This document shows, one piece after another, positions 39,431-50,325 of a stretch of 64,000 nt of DNA. The DNA lies in NCBI GenBank assembly GCA_963826785.1, contig CAWGYD010000001.1:320001-384000 (forward strand), in the 5' to 3' direction. The notes beneath the pieces are model-generated. The model was not told the origin of the DNA. It did no database searches and worked only from the letters and a program-made list of their open reading frames with translations. The stretch comes from an uncultured delta proteobacterium (GTDB lineage: Bacteria > Desulfobacterota > Desulfobacteria > Desulfobacterales > Desulfosalsimonadaceae). Position 1 is the stretch's first letter, and every line of letters starts with the position of its first letter. The position numbers and the translations under genes are program-made.

Positions 39431-40675
39431 TCAGTCCCCCGTCGGGATATAGGTGGTTTTGATCCAGTCGGTGAGGATCTTGGATTTTCCGTCCGCCGTG
39501 CACTGCTGCAGGTAGATTTCATTCTGGCCCAGCCGGCACTGAGGATCATCGGGGTTGAACGGGGCATAGCTGATATTTCCCATGAGCCCCTTGAAATTCT
39601 TCATTTTCTCGAGTTCCTGGACCAGTTTTTCACGGGTCAGCTCCGGACCGCACCGCTTCAGCGCCTCCACCAGGGGTTCGGCCAGGCCGATACCCGTAGT
39701 GAAGGTGTATCCCCACCGTTCATCTTTGGCAGCGAACTGGTCGTAGACTTCTTTTTTATATTTGGCCAGAAGCGCCAGGCTCGGATTTTCGATGCCCTGT
39801 ATTTCGCCGACGTTTCCGGTCGGCTGTGCCATGCCGAAGCTTGCCGTGATCACGCCTTCATATAAACCCTTGGTGATATCCATCATCAGGGGAAAATCCC
39901 CGCATGTGGTCGAACTCATCCACTGGGGTTGAAACTGCATCGCCTTGCCCGTGCCGATCATCCGGGCCACAATGCCGGGGGTGACGAAAAGAAGGACGGC
40001 ATCCGCATCGGCCTGCTTGAGCTTCATGACATGCGGTTTCATATCCGTTTCGGTGACCGCCACGGGCACTTCCGCGATGAGTTTTTTCCCCATCTTGTCC
40101 AGAATGTACCGGGCACCCTCCAGCCCCTGTTTGCCGTAGTCGTCGTTCTGGTAAAGGATGGCGATGTTCTTTTTGCCCATTTCATTTACGGCATACCGGG
40201 TGAGCACCTGGGCGTCCCCCAGGTATAGCGGATAGACGTTGAAGAGGTATTTCTGGGGCGGCTGCACCCAGTGGCGAGAACCGGACGACGGCCCGACCCA
40301 GGGGATCTTGCGCTCCATGAGATAATCCTCCACCGCAAGACCCGGTGCCGTGCCGACCCCGGAAACCCAGGCGAACATGCCGGTCTGCTCCTGGAGCTGT
40401 TTGACGCCGGCCTTGGTCTTGGCCGGGTTGTAGGCATCATCGAAGTAGTGGTGCACCAGTTTGCGTCCGTTGATCCCGCCGTTGGCATTGATCCATTTGA
40501 AATAGGCGTCCGTGCCCCGGGCGACAGCGCCCCAGGGTGCTGCCGGGCCGGTCTGGGGACTCCACTGTCCGATGTGAATTTCCGTGTCCGTCACGCCGAC
40601 TTCACAATTGCCGGCGGCGCCCAGGGCGAAGACCAATACGAAACCGATTAATGCGGTCATCCATTTTCTTCTCAT
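39431..40675 (-). CDS. Liv-type (PBP1) ABC transporter substrate-binding protein
   Basis: Signal peptide, GVTDTEI.IG, INANGGINGRK, DDAYNP and QNDDYG. Confidence 0.9.
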   Translation of the reverse strand: MRRKWMTALIGFVLVFALGAAGNCEVGVTDTEIHIGQWSPQTGPAAPWGAVARGTDAYFKWINANGGINGRKLVHHYFDDAYNPAKTKAGVKQLQEQTGMFAWVSGVGTAPGLAVEDYLMERKIPWVGPSSGSRHWVQPPQKYLFNVYPLYLGDAQVLTRYAVNEMGKKNIAILYQNDDYGKQGLEGARYILDKMGKKLIAEVPVAVTETDMKPHVMKLKQADADAVLLFVTPGIVARMIGTGKAMQFQPQWMSSTTCGDFPLMMDITKGLYEGVITASFGMAQPTGNVGEIQGIENPSLALLAKYKKEVYDQFAAKDERWGYTFTTGIGLAEPLVEALKRCGPELTREKLVQELEKMKNFKGLMGNISYAPFNPDDPQCRLGQNEIYLQQCTADGKSKILTDWIKTTYIPTGD

Positions 40676-40748
40676 CGGGACCTTCCTTTCTTATTGGTTA
40701 AACGCAAAATTCCGACCCGTCATCCGATTGAAAATTGTCCCGGGCCGG

Positions 40749-41624
40749 TCACACTTTTTTCACATAATGCCGCGCGAACAATCCGCTCGGCTTGATGCAC
40801 AACACAATGACGATTACCGCAAAGGCCACCACCGACTTGAACTCGATGGATATGTATCCGCCGAAGAGATGTTCGACGATGCCGACGATATAAGCGCCGA
40901 ATACCGCTCCCGGCAGAGACGTCATTCCCCCCACCACGGCCCCGGCAAATCCCTTGAGCAGCGGGTCCCACATCATATAGGGCTCCATGATGGTCGGCGC
41001 GATCAGAAGCCCGGCCACCGTTCCCACCATGGCGGAGATCCCCCAGGTCATCATTTTGACCCGGTTGGTCCTGATTCCCATAAGGCGTGCGGCGGTTTCG
41101 TTCTGCTGGGTGGCTTTCATGGCCACGCCGAGCCTGGAAAAGCGAAAGAAGAGAAACAACCCGGTCATCAGGACGAGGGCAACCACCAGCGTCAGCAGAT
41201 CGAGCAGGCTGATGTACATGCCGCCGAACATCACGCTCGCATAGGGGGAGATCGGAAAGGGCATGGTCCGCTGGTCGGCCCCGAATTTCCATGACACCAG
41301 CCCCATCAGCATCATCTCCATTCCGATGGTGATAATAATCAGACCGAGAATATTGGGTTCCTTGGCCCTGCGGACGACGGCAAACTCCAGAAAACATCCC
41401 AGGAAAGCGGCAAAGAGAAGTGCGCCGGCAAATGCCGCCCATAGGGGAAGGCCGTAGGAATGGATGATCAAATAAGCGATGAAAACGGGCAGGAGCGCCA
41501 TTTCCCCCTGCACGAAATTGGGGACTTCAGAGGCTTTGTAGATTAGGACCATACCCAGTCCCATCAGCGCATAGGAGCTTCCCACCGCGATTCCGCTGAT
41601 GACCATCTGCAAAAATTCAATCAT
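40749..41624 (-). CDS. livH: Liv-type ABC transporter permease
   Basis: YAL...G..LIY...NF.QG, G.AMKA...A.LMGI and GG..S..G. Confidence 0.9.
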   Translation of the reverse strand: MIEFLQMVISGIAVGSSYALMGLGMVLIYKASEVPNFVQGEMALLPVFIAYLIIHSYGLPLWAAFAGALLFAAFLGCFLEFAVVRRAKEPNILGLIIITIGMEMMLMGLVSWKFGADQRTMPFPISPYASVMFGGMYISLLDLLTLVVALVLMTGLFLFFRFSRLGVAMKATQQNETAARLMGIRTNRVKMMTWGISAMVGTVAGLLIAPTIMEPYMMWDPLLKGFAGAVVGGMTSLPGAVFGAYIVGIVEHLFGGYISIEFKSVVAFAVIVIVLCIKPSGLFARHYVKKV

Positions 41625-41645
41625 GGCAGTGCGATTTCCTCCGGA

Positions 41646-42695
41646 TTAAAAGGGCCAGGTTTTCCAGTATTTTTTGGTGCGGATCCAGAAACCGTAAATT
41701 CCCATCGGCTCGAAGATGATGATGAGCACCAGAATCGCCCCGAAAATGATGAACTGGATGTTTGAAACGCCGGTGAGCGAGAAATAATTTTCCGAAAGCT
41801 GCCTCAGCCAGGTCCCCACGTAAGGGATGGATAGAACATTTCGCAGTTCAAGGTCGAGCCAGCTCAACAGGATCGCCCCGGCAATCGGACCCATGATTGA
41901 ACCCAGTCCGCCCACCACCGCCATGGTCAAAAACATGATCGACATGAACATGGAAAACAGGTCGGGTTCGATAAACCGGAGTACAAAGGCGTATAAACCG
42001 CCGGCAATCCCGGCATAGAAGGCGCTGAGGGCAAAGGCCATGGTTTTGTAGAGCACCAGGTTCACCCCCATGGTTTCGGCGGCGATTTCCGCATCCCGTA
42101 TGGCGATAAAGGCCCTGCCGACTTTGGTCCTGGTTACGTTTCGCGCAAACAGAACGAGCAGAATGGTGATGCCCATCACCACAAAATATAATTCCCGATC
42201 GGTATCCAGGTGCCGGCCCCAAATGACCAACTCCGGTGCATGCAGGCCCATCCTGCCGCCGAGCAGTTCGATCTTGCCGATAATCTGGGTAATGGTCAGG
42301 CCGAAACCGAGTGTGGCGATGGCAAGGTAAGGTCCTTCCAGGCGCAGTGCCGGAAGCCCCAGGAGGAAGCCCAGGGATGCGGCCGTCAATCCGCCTGCGG
42401 CAAGGGCGGCCGGAAAGGGGAAATGGGCCAGAGACATGAGGGCGATTGTCGCATAGGCGCCGACGGCAAAAAAGCCGGCATGCCCCAGGGATATGTGCCC
42501 GGTATATCCCACCAGCAAATTGAGCCCGACAACGACGATGATATTGATGGCGATGTAATTGGCGACATAGACATCATAGTTTTTGGCAAAAAACGGAAAG
42601 AAACCGAGAAAAACGATCAGGGCGGCAAACCAGAAGAGGACTGCACCCGAGGAAAAGAAAGCGACATCTTCATAGTAGCTTCTTTTTATATCCAT
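41646..42695 (-). CDS. livM: Liv-type ABC transporter permease
   Basis: GLNLLVGYTG.ISLGHAGF, LRLEGPYLAIATL and GRAFIAIRD. Confidence 0.9.
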   Translation of the reverse strand: MDIKRSYYEDVAFFSSGAVLFWFAALIVFLGFFPFFAKNYDVYVANYIAINIIVVVGLNLLVGYTGHISLGHAGFFAVGAYATIALMSLAHFPFPAALAAGGLTAASLGFLLGLPALRLEGPYLAIATLGFGLTITQIIGKIELLGGRMGLHAPELVIWGRHLDTDRELYFVVMGITILLVLFARNVTRTKVGRAFIAIRDAEIAAETMGVNLVLYKTMAFALSAFYAGIAGGLYAFVLRFIEPDLFSMFMSIMFLTMAVVGGLGSIMGPIAGAILLSWLDLELRNVLSIPYVGTWLRQLSENYFSLTGVSNIQFIIFGAILVLIIIFEPMGIYGFWIRTKKYWKTWPF

Positions 42696-43102
42696 GAGGA
42701 TGATCTTTCGAGGGAAAGGCGGATGAGAAGGAAAACCCGTTTACGGGCCTGTCTGGAGCGATCTCGAGATGAAATGGACGAGGTCTTGGTAAACATTGTT
42801 TAATAACCTAAACGGAAATTTTTACCATGTCAACAAAAGTTCGACAGGAAAAGCCGAAGTTTTCCGGAGGGATGCAGCTGTGCTCGCAAATACGGCGGAT
42901 CGGCCCTGGCCCCGCCGGTCCCACCGAAGGCGCGCGTGCGCGCTTCCGGGCGCCTTGTCCGGGAAAATCCGTAATTCATCGCTTGCATCGATCTCAACCG
43001 GTGTTAGGCTTTTTCTGTATCAGTATTGGCGAATGGTGAAATTACCGAAAATTCCAAACCGTGCCCATCCCTGATGGATGGATCACAAGGCAAGGAGCGG
43101 CC

Positions 43103-43832
43103 ATGGAAGAAATTTCAGGAAAAGTGGCATTGGTAACCGGGGCAAACCGGGGCATCGGAAGGGCAATCGCGCTTGGCCTTGCCCAAATCGGCCTCGATGT
43201 GGGGGTGCATTTTCTCTCCGATGAAGAAAAGGCGGAATCGGTCTGTGCCCGTATACGCGAACTCGGCCGGCAAGCGGTCAAAATTCAAGCCGATGTATCA
43301 CAAGCGGCAAATATCACCCGGATGGCAAAAACGATCGAGCAGGAACTCGGCACGATCCAGGTGCTGGTGAACAACGCCGGGATCGCCCACCAGGGCAAAC
43401 TGGAAGATCTTACCGAAGCCGAATGGGACAGAATCATGGCGGTGAACCTCAAATCGGCCTTCCTGTTGACCCAGGCGTGCCTGGCCGGCATGCGGGAGAA
43501 AAAGTGGGGCCGGATCATCAATATTTCCTCGGTGGCCGCCCAGACCGGCGGTGTCACCAGCCCCCTCTATGTCACCTCCAAGGCCGGGCTCATCGGCCTG
43601 ACCCATTCGTATGCCGCCATCCTCATCAAGGAAGGGATCACGGCAAACGCCATCGCCCCGGCGCTGATCGACACGGACATGGTCCGTGAACTGGGGGCAA
43701 AACCCGAAAAAATTCCGGTGGGCCGGTTCGGCACGCCCGGAAGAAGTCGCCCAGGTCGCGGCAATGCTGATCCAAAACGGATATATCACCGGCCAGACCC
43801 TCAACGTCAATGGCGGATGGTACTTCAGTTAG
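43103..43832 (+). CDS. FabG-like SDR oxidoreductase (apparent frameshift near 43737)
   Basis: TGANRGIG, NNAG and YVTSK. Removing one C gives GTPEEVAQ...YITGQTLNVNGGWYFS*. Confidence 0.88.
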
Positions 43833-44300
43833 GCAATTTATTCGCTGCCCCATATTTTGAGTCATCAAATTTCTTGAAATCCTTCTAAATCCCCCTTTTC
43901 CAAAGGGGGACTTTTCTGCCCCGATTCAGGTATCGCCTCACCCCAAAATCTGCCCCCCAAAAAAAATTTGAGCACGATTATGGTCAAATATCAAACACCT
44001 CTGCTCCCCGTGCAGGGTGCCGATATAATTTGTCACCTGATAACAAGGTTTCCTATTGTAAACCCAGTTTTTTGCTGTTAAGAGAACGGGGAAATATGTC
44101 AAACGCATGATCCCCCAAGGATTGTCATCAGCGGATTTGAAGCGTGTCCTTTTTCGGACACCCCCAACAGCGAGAAACTGGCGGCAGACGGCAATGCAAA
44201 TGCAGTCTATTCAAAACGCGACAGGCCGAGGTGATATCGATTTGAACATATTATCCGATAATTGGATGGTCATTACCTCAACAGAAAAAAAGGAGAATTT

Positions 44301-44900
44301 ATGTCAGAAAATCACACCTTCGTTTCCCCCGGCCCGGCAGGACTTGGCGCTCTGGCAGTTGCATGTTTCGGTTTCGGGGCGGTATTTACCGGCAAGGTCG
44401 GATTGGGCGGGCTGCCCCTTCTGGCTGCATGGCTCATCGGGGGCGGAATTGTACAGTTCACCGTTGCGGTCATGGAATTGAAAGACCACAACATGACCGG
44501 CGGCAATGTATTTCTTTTCTTCTCCGCTTTTTTCATGTTCGGCGCCGCCCTGTCCGTATTTGCCAAATTCCTGATGCTTTCCGGTCTCATGGGCACCACG
44601 CCGCCCCAGTCCATGGTGGAAGGTTTTTGCTGGATGGCGGGCGCTGCCTTCCTCACCGCGGTAACCCCTGCCTATTTGAAGAGCCCCAAGCCCCTGTGCT
44701 TGATTGTCATCCTTATTGACATCGCCCTTTGGCTCATCGTCGGGCTGGATATGGGCCTGATCGGCGCTTCCATGAAACCCGTGGTCGGCTACCTTCTTTT
44801 CGGCGCCGGCTGGCTGGCCGTCTATATCGTTGCCGCCGTCGTCAATAATCATGTATACGGCAGGGTCGTGATTCCCACATTCGGCACCTTCGTTAAATAA
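44301..44900 (+). CDS. satP: GPR1/FUN34/YaaH (SatP) family acetate/carboxylate uptake channel
   Basis: SPGPAGLG (NPAPLGL-like), GG.VQF, six hydrophobic helices and RBS AAGGAG. Confidence 0.8.
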   Translation: MSENHTFVSPGPAGLGALAVACFGFGAVFTGKVGLGGLPLLAAWLIGGGIVQFTVAVMELKDHNMTGGNVFLFFSAFFMFGAALSVFAKFLMLSGLMGTTPPQSMVEGFCWMAGAAFLTAVTPAYLKSPKPLCLIVILIDIALWLIVGLDMGLIGASMKPVVGYLLFGAGWLAVYIVAAVVNNHVYGRVVIPTFGTFVK

Positions 44901-44925
44901 GTTTCTAAAGAGAGCTTAAACCCGG

Positions 44926-44976
44926 AGCGGGTGATCTGCGCGCAAACCTTGCAGCGCACATCACCCGCTTTTTTTT
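44926..44976 (+). terminator. Rho-independent terminator
   Basis: AGCGGGTGAT...ATCACCCGCT stem followed by a T run. Confidence 0.8.
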
Positions 44977-45195
44977 ATGGCAACGCCTGGGCACCTGCGG
45001 GGCAAAATGCGGTGATGGAGTTTGATTCAACTCATGAACGGTAAATGGCAGATCATAGGGCCATAGGGCCAGAAATTTTCAATTATGTAGCCGATCGGAG
45101 GACCGGGTTGGTATTTTATATTTGATTTTGTCTTACCGACCATTTAAAGTCCATTTTCTTAATTTATTGCACCATAAACAGGTATTGGACGAGAA

Positions 45196-45408
45196 ATGAA
45201 GGGACGAATCGAAATCAACCGGGAACTGTGCAAGGGATGTGAAATCTGCATCTTCTTTTGCCCGAAAAAATCGATCACGCTTTCGGACGAACTGAATGCC
45301 GCGGGCTATCTGCCGTCGACTTTTACCAACGACGGCGGGGAGTGCACCGGGTGCGCCATCTGCGCGCTGGTGTGCCCGGATGTGGCGATAGAGGTGTATC
45401 GTGGCTGA
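45196..45408 (+). CDS. 2[4Fe-4S] ferredoxin-like delta subunit of 2-oxoacid:ferredoxin oxidoreductase
   Basis: CKGCEICIFFCP and CTGCAICALVCP. Confidence 0.92.
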   Translation: MKGRIEINRELCKGCEICIFFCPKKSITLSDELNAAGYLPSTFTNDGGECTGCAICALVCPDVAIEVYRG

Positions 45409-46477
45409 TGAAAAGGTATTGATGACAGGAAACGCCGCCATCGGCGAGGCCGCCATAAGGGCCGGCTGCCAGTCCTATTTCGGCTATCCCATTACACCGC
45501 AGAATGAATTGACGGAATATATGGCGGCGAAACTGAGCCGGAGGCCGGGATGCGCCTTCGTGCAGGCCGAAAGCGAGATCGCGGCGATCAACATGGTTTA
45601 CGGCGCAAGCGTTGCGGGCGTGCGGGCCATGACCTCCTCCTCCAGCCCCGGGATCAGCCTGAAGCAGGAAGGCATATCCTATCTGGCCGCGTGCCAGCTC
45701 CCGGCGGTCATCGTGAACATGTCGAGGGGCGGTCCGGGACTCGGGAGCATCAGCGCGGCCCAATCCGACTATTTTCAGTCCACCCGGGGCGGCGGGCACG
45801 GGGATTACCGGACCATCGTGCTGGGCCCGGGCTCGGTGCAGGAACTGGCGGATCTCACCCGGCACGCCTTCGAACTGACCGATAAATTTCTTATCCCCGT
45901 CATCATCCTGGGGGACGGCATGCTGGGCCAGATGATGGAGCCGGTGAAATTTCAGCACGAAGCCCCCAAGGTTCCGCCGGTAAGAAAAGACGCGCTCAGG
46001 GGAGCGAAAGACCGGCCGAGCCGGTTTGTGCGCACGTTCACCTCCAACCCCCCTGATCTGGAAGAGCTGAACTGGAGCCTGTTCAGGCGCTATCAGCTTC
46101 TGCAGAAACAGGAAGTGATGTGGGAAAATTATATGACCGAAGATGCAAGGCTCATCGTGACCGCCTTCGGCATAGCGGCCCGGATCGCCAAGGGGGCCAT
46201 CAGGCAGGCCCGGGACATGGGCCTCAAGATCGGGATGTTCAGGCCGATCACCCTCTGGCCGTTCCCCTCAGAGCCGCTCCGGGAACTGTCAAATACCACG
46301 AAATACTTTCTCGATTTCGAGATGAACATGGGGCAGATGATCGAGGACGTGAAGCTGTCCCTCGAAGGCCGTGGTGACGTCTCCTTCCACGGAAGACCGG
46401 GCGGCGTGATCCCCACCCCGTCCGAGGTGCTGCGCATCATCACGCGCATTTACTATCAAAAGGGTTTGAACAAATAG
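45401..46477 (+). CDS. vorB: 2-oxoacid:ferredoxin oxidoreductase alpha subunit (3-methyl-2-oxobutanoate dehydrogenase VorB-like)
   Basis: GYPITPQNE, QAESEIAA, TSSSSPGISL, GGGHGDY and EMNMGQM. Confidence 0.9.
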   Translation: MADEKVLMTGNAAIGEAAIRAGCQSYFGYPITPQNELTEYMAAKLSRRPGCAFVQAESEIAAINMVYGASVAGVRAMTSSSSPGISLKQEGISYLAACQLPAVIVNMSRGGPGLGSISAAQSDYFQSTRGGGHGDYRTIVLGPGSVQELADLTRHAFELTDKFLIPVIILGDGMLGQMMEPVKFQHEAPKVPPVRKDALRGAKDRPSRFVRTFTSNPPDLEELNWSLFRRYQLLQKQEVMWENYMTEDARLIVTAFGIAARIAKGAIRQARDMGLKIGMFRPITLWPFPSEPLRELSNTTKYFLDFEMNMGQMIEDVKLSLEGRGDVSFHGRPGGVIPTPSEVLRIITRIYYQKGLNK

Positions 46478-47232
46478 TGAAAAAGATATTCAGCCATCCC
46501 AAATCGTTGAAAAAGGCCGTTTTTCACTACTGCCCCGGATGCGGGCATTCCATCATCCACCGGATCACCTGCGAGGTGATCGACGAACTCGGCATCCAGG
46601 AGCGGGCCATCGGCGTCCCGCCGCCGGGCTGCTCGGTATTTGCCTATTACTATTTCGATGTCGATATGGTCGAGTCCGCCCACGGCAGGGGCGCGGCAGT
46701 CGCCACCGGGATCAAACGGGCCTATCCGGAATCCATCGTGTTCACTTACCAGGGCGACGGGGACCTTGCGGCCATCGGGACGACCGAAACGCTGCACGCC
46801 GCGAACCGGGGCGAGAATATCACGGCCATTTTCATCAACAATGCGGTTTACGGTATGACCGGCGGCCAGATGGCCCCGACCACCATGCTGGGGATGAAGA
46901 CCACGACCTCTCCTTTCGGCCGGGACGGCAAGTTTGAAGGACATCCCATCAAGATGAGCGAAATCCTCGGACAGGTCCAGGGGAGCTGCTACGTGGAGCG
47001 GGTCGCGGTAAATTCGCCGGCCAATATCAAAAAAGCGAAGAAAGCCATCAAAAAAGCCTTCCAGAATCAGATCGAGGAAAAAGGCTACTCCCTTGTGGAG
47101 ATACTCTCCCCATGCCCCACGAACTGGAAGATGAGCCCGGTAAAATCATGGCAGTGGGTGGATGAAGTCATGGCAAAGGAATTTCCTCTCGGATTAATCA
47201 AGGATACCACGGGTAAGAAAAGTGCTGATTAA
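46477..47232 (+). CDS. 2-oxoacid:ferredoxin oxidoreductase beta (TPP-binding) subunit
   Basis: YCPGCGH, HGR, YQGDGD...NN..YGMTGGQ and SPCPTNW. Confidence 0.92.
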   Translation: MKKIFSHPKSLKKAVFHYCPGCGHSIIHRITCEVIDELGIQERAIGVPPPGCSVFAYYYFDVDMVESAHGRGAAVATGIKRAYPESIVFTYQGDGDLAAIGTTETLHAANRGENITAIFINNAVYGMTGGQMAPTTMLGMKTTTSPFGRDGKFEGHPIKMSEILGQVQGSCYVERVAVNSPANIKKAKKAIKKAFQNQIEEKGYSLVEILSPCPTNWKMSPVKSWQWVDEVMAKEFPLGLIKDTTGKKSAD

Positions 47233-47752
47233 AATCATTTTCGCCGGTTTCGGCGGACAGGGCGTATTGTCGATGGGGCTTAACCTGGCTCAGGCCGCCA
47301 TGCTGGAAGGAAGACATGTGACGTACCTTCCGGCCTACGGTGCGGAAGTGCGGGGGGGCACGGCAAACTGCACGGTGTCGGTGTCCGACGAGGAGATCGC
47401 CTCCCCGGTGGCCTCCTCTCCCAGCTATATCGTGGCCATGAACCAGCCGTCCATGGTGAGGTTCCAGAACAAGCTGCAGTCAGGCGGCCTGTTTTTTTTA
47501 AATTCCACCTTGATCAAAGAGCCGGTCAGCCGCGGAGACATCGAATTCGTAAATGTACCGGCCAATGCCATGGCCGAGGAACTGGGCAACATCAAATCGG
47601 CCAACATGATCATGCTGGGGGCCTTTATCAAGAAGAGCAATTTGCTAAAAATCGACAGCCTGATCGACGGACTGACGGTTGCAATGAAGGGCAAACAGAA
47701 GATTATCGACATCAACAAAAAGGCCCTGACCGCCGGGTACAGTATGGCTTAA
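47222..47752 (+). CDS. 2-oxoacid:ferredoxin oxidoreductase gamma subunit
   Basis: AGFGGQGV, YGAEVRGG and NMIMLGA. Confidence 0.92.
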   Translation: MLIKIIFAGFGGQGVLSMGLNLAQAAMLEGRHVTYLPAYGAEVRGGTANCTVSVSDEEIASPVASSPSYIVAMNQPSMVRFQNKLQSGGLFFLNSTLIKEPVSRGDIEFVNVPANAMAEELGNIKSANMIMLGAFIKKSNLLKIDSLIDGLTVAMKGKQKIIDINKKALTAGYSMA

Positions 47753-47771
47753 CACTTTTCTGGAGAGACTC

Positions 47772-48203
47772 ATGTCCATCAAACAGATATCCGTCAGTCT
47801 TGACAACACCCCGGGAAAATTCCTGAGCATCAGCGAATACCTGGCCACCGAAGGGATCAACATCCGGGCCATCACCGTGGCCGATACCTCCGATATCAGC
47901 ACGGTGCGCTTCGTCACCAACGATCCTCAGAAGACCGTGACCACTTTGAAAAGTCACGGATTCTCGCCGAAGGAGACGGACGTGATCGCAGTAGAAGTTC
48001 CCGACCATCCGGGAGGCCTCAGGGCGATCCTGAAACCGCTGAAATCCGCAAACATCAACGTGCTCTATTTTTATCCCTTTCTCGGAAGGGGCGAGAGCGG
48101 CCAGCCCGTCGTGATCCTGGGGGTCGACAAGACCGAGGAAGCCATGGCGGTATTGAAGAAAAACTGGGTGCACACGTTCGGCGGGGAAATCTATTCTCTG
48201 TAG
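47772..48203 (+). CDS. ACT domain-containing protein
   Basis: QISV.L.N.PG...INI and VEVPDHPGGL...INV.Y.Y form tandem ACT repeats. Confidence 0.88.
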   Translation: MSIKQISVSLDNTPGKFLSISEYLATEGINIRAITVADTSDISTVRFVTNDPQKTVTTLKSHGFSPKETDVIAVEVPDHPGGLRAILKPLKSANINVLYFYPFLGRGESGQPVVILGVDKTEEAMAVLKKNWVHTFGGEIYSL

Positions 48204-48217
48204 GCGTCGCGCCTGTT

Positions 48218-49135
48218 TTAATTTGCTTCCGGAACAGGTTTGATGAAGCCGGGCTTTGAAAACGCCGGATCCGGATAAGCATAAAAGCCCTTGCCCGTTT
48301 TTTCCCCCAGTTCGCCTTTGTCCACATAACGCCTCATGAATTCGGCATTCTTCATCTGCTGGGGATCTTTCACGATTTTGGCCCAGTAATCGGTGAGCTT
48401 CCACACCGTATCAATGCCGATGCTGTCCATGATCCCGAAAGGGCCCATCAGTGTGTGCATAACCCCCATCCAGGCCCGGTCGATGTCTTGAATGGTGGCC
48501 ACGCCGTTGGCGGCCAGGGTCTGGGCGGACTTAAAAAGCTCCATCAGCATCGCGTTAAAAACATAACCGAAATTTTCCCTCTTCAACACAATGGGTATCT
48601 GGCCGATGCGAACGGCAAAGGCTTCTATCAATGCCGCCACTTCCGGCAATGTGCCCGGATGGGGCATGATGTCGACAACCTGTGTGACCCGCGTGTCATG
48701 GAAATGAAACGCCGCAAACCGTTCAGGCCGCCCCGTGGCTTCCGCAATCATGGAGGGCACCAAAGAAGATGTGTTGGTGGTGAAAATGGTATGGGCGGGG
48801 CAGATCTCATGAAACTGGGCAAATACTTTTGCTTTGAGTTTCGGATCTTCGGGGACGGATTCACTGACGAAATCAGCATCTGCGCCCGCGATCACGGGGT
48901 CTGTCGTCATTTGCATTCTGGACCTGGCCGCCCCAGCGGTTTCTTTTGTCAGCCGGCCGCTGGAAATATATGACCGGGACAGCTTATCCAATCGATTGTT
49001 CGCCGTTTGCAGCATGTCCTCGGAGATATCGTACATCACGACGTCAAATTCGCAAACCGCGCATTGAAAACCGATCTGCTGGCCCATGGTGCCGGCTCCG
49101 ATAATCAGTATGGTCTTGATATCTTCCAGCTTCAT
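48218..49135 (-). CDS. 3-hydroxyacyl-CoA dehydrogenase
   Basis: GAGTMG, ESVPE, TNTSS, GPF..MD.IG and LGEKTGKGFY. Confidence 0.92.
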   Translation of the reverse strand: MKLEDIKTILIIGAGTMGQQIGFQCAVCEFDVVMYDISEDMLQTANNRLDKLSRSYISSGRLTKETAGAARSRMQMTTDPVIAGADADFVSESVPEDPKLKAKVFAQFHEICPAHTIFTTNTSSLVPSMIAEATGRPERFAAFHFHDTRVTQVVDIMPHPGTLPEVAALIEAFAVRIGQIPIVLKRENFGYVFNAMLMELFKSAQTLAANGVATIQDIDRAWMGVMHTLMGPFGIMDSIGIDTVWKLTDYWAKIVKDPQQMKNAEFMRRYVDKGELGEKTGKGFYAYPDPAFSKPGFIKPVPEAN

Positions 49136-49438
49136 GTTGTCCTCCTCCATTTTGAAGTAATCTGATCCGCTGATATTCGCGTGCGCCTGAATTTAGTCAG
49201 TGCCGCCGATTTTTATACAGCAGAAACAATAAGTCAATAAAATAACGAACGCTCGCTCTATATTTTTATTGACAAGCATTCCGCTACTCTTTTATGAATT
49301 TATAATCGAGTTTTCCATTTTCTTTTATGGCAGGAAAACAGAATTCATTCATCGGATTCACAGAGCTCAAACAGGTGAATCGATTTACCCGCATGCTCTG
49401 TGGAGAATCTTTGCAATTCAAAACAAAAAGGAGCAGTC

Positions 49439-50197
49439 ATGGTGTCATTTGATTTAAAAGACAAAATCGCCGTTGTCACCGGCGCCAGCCGGGGCATCGG
49501 CCGGGCGATCGCCGAAACGTTTGCGAGCCGCGGTGCCGAGGTGGTGCTGGTCAGCCGAAAAATAGACGCCGTAACAGAGGCCGCCGATGCCATCGCGGCC
49601 AAAGGCGGAAAAGCACGGCCGGCTGCCTGCCATACGGGCGATCTCAATGCCATTGAGACGCTTTTCAACATGATTGAAAAGACATATGGCCGCCTGGATA
49701 TTCTGGTGAACAATGCGGCCACCAACCCCTACTTCGGGGAAATGGCCGGTGTAGACGAAAGCGCCTGGAACAAGACATTTGATGTCAATCTCAAAGGCCC
49801 CTTTTTCATGATCAAGGCCGCCATCCCCCTGATGAAAGCCGCCGGAGGGGGCGCCATTGTCAATGTGTCGTCGGTCAACGGCCGGCGTCCGGCCCCGTTC
49901 CAGGGAATTTATTCCGTCACCAAAGGGGCGCTGATCACCATGACCCAGGCCTATGCCAAAGAACTTGCACCCTTCAAAATCCGCGTCAACGCGCTGCTGC
50001 CGGGATTTACGGATACCAAGTTTTCCGCCGCCCTGATGCAGCAGGATTCAATTTATAAACATGTCATCGCCCAGATTCCCATGGGCAGACATGCCGACCC
50101 TGAAGAAATGGCCGGTGCCGCGCTGTACCTGGTCTCGGATGCTGCTTCTTTTACCACCGGCACCTGTATCACCTGCGATGGCGGCTATCTTGCCTGA
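49439..50197 (+). CDS. SDR oxidoreductase (DHRS4-like)
   Basis: TGASRGIG, NNAATNPYFG, YSVTK and PMGR. Confidence 0.92.
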   Translation: MVSFDLKDKIAVVTGASRGIGRAIAETFASRGAEVVLVSRKIDAVTEAADAIAAKGGKARPAACHTGDLNAIETLFNMIEKTYGRLDILVNNAATNPYFGEMAGVDESAWNKTFDVNLKGPFFMIKAAIPLMKAAGGGAIVNVSSVNGRRPAPFQGIYSVTKGALITMTQAYAKELAPFKIRVNALLPGFTDTKFSAALMQQDSIYKHVIAQIPMGRHADPEEMAGAALYLVSDAASFTTGTCITCDGGYLA

Positions 50198-50325
50198 TCT
50201 GCGCCGGAATATCGACAACGGCAGCCGGCGGGGCTGAGCAATAGTTCTCCGAGTGCGGCTGTAATGGTGATATGATCCTTTCAACTCATGTGGTACTGTT
50301 TACAAAAATGGCGAAAGGGATGATC

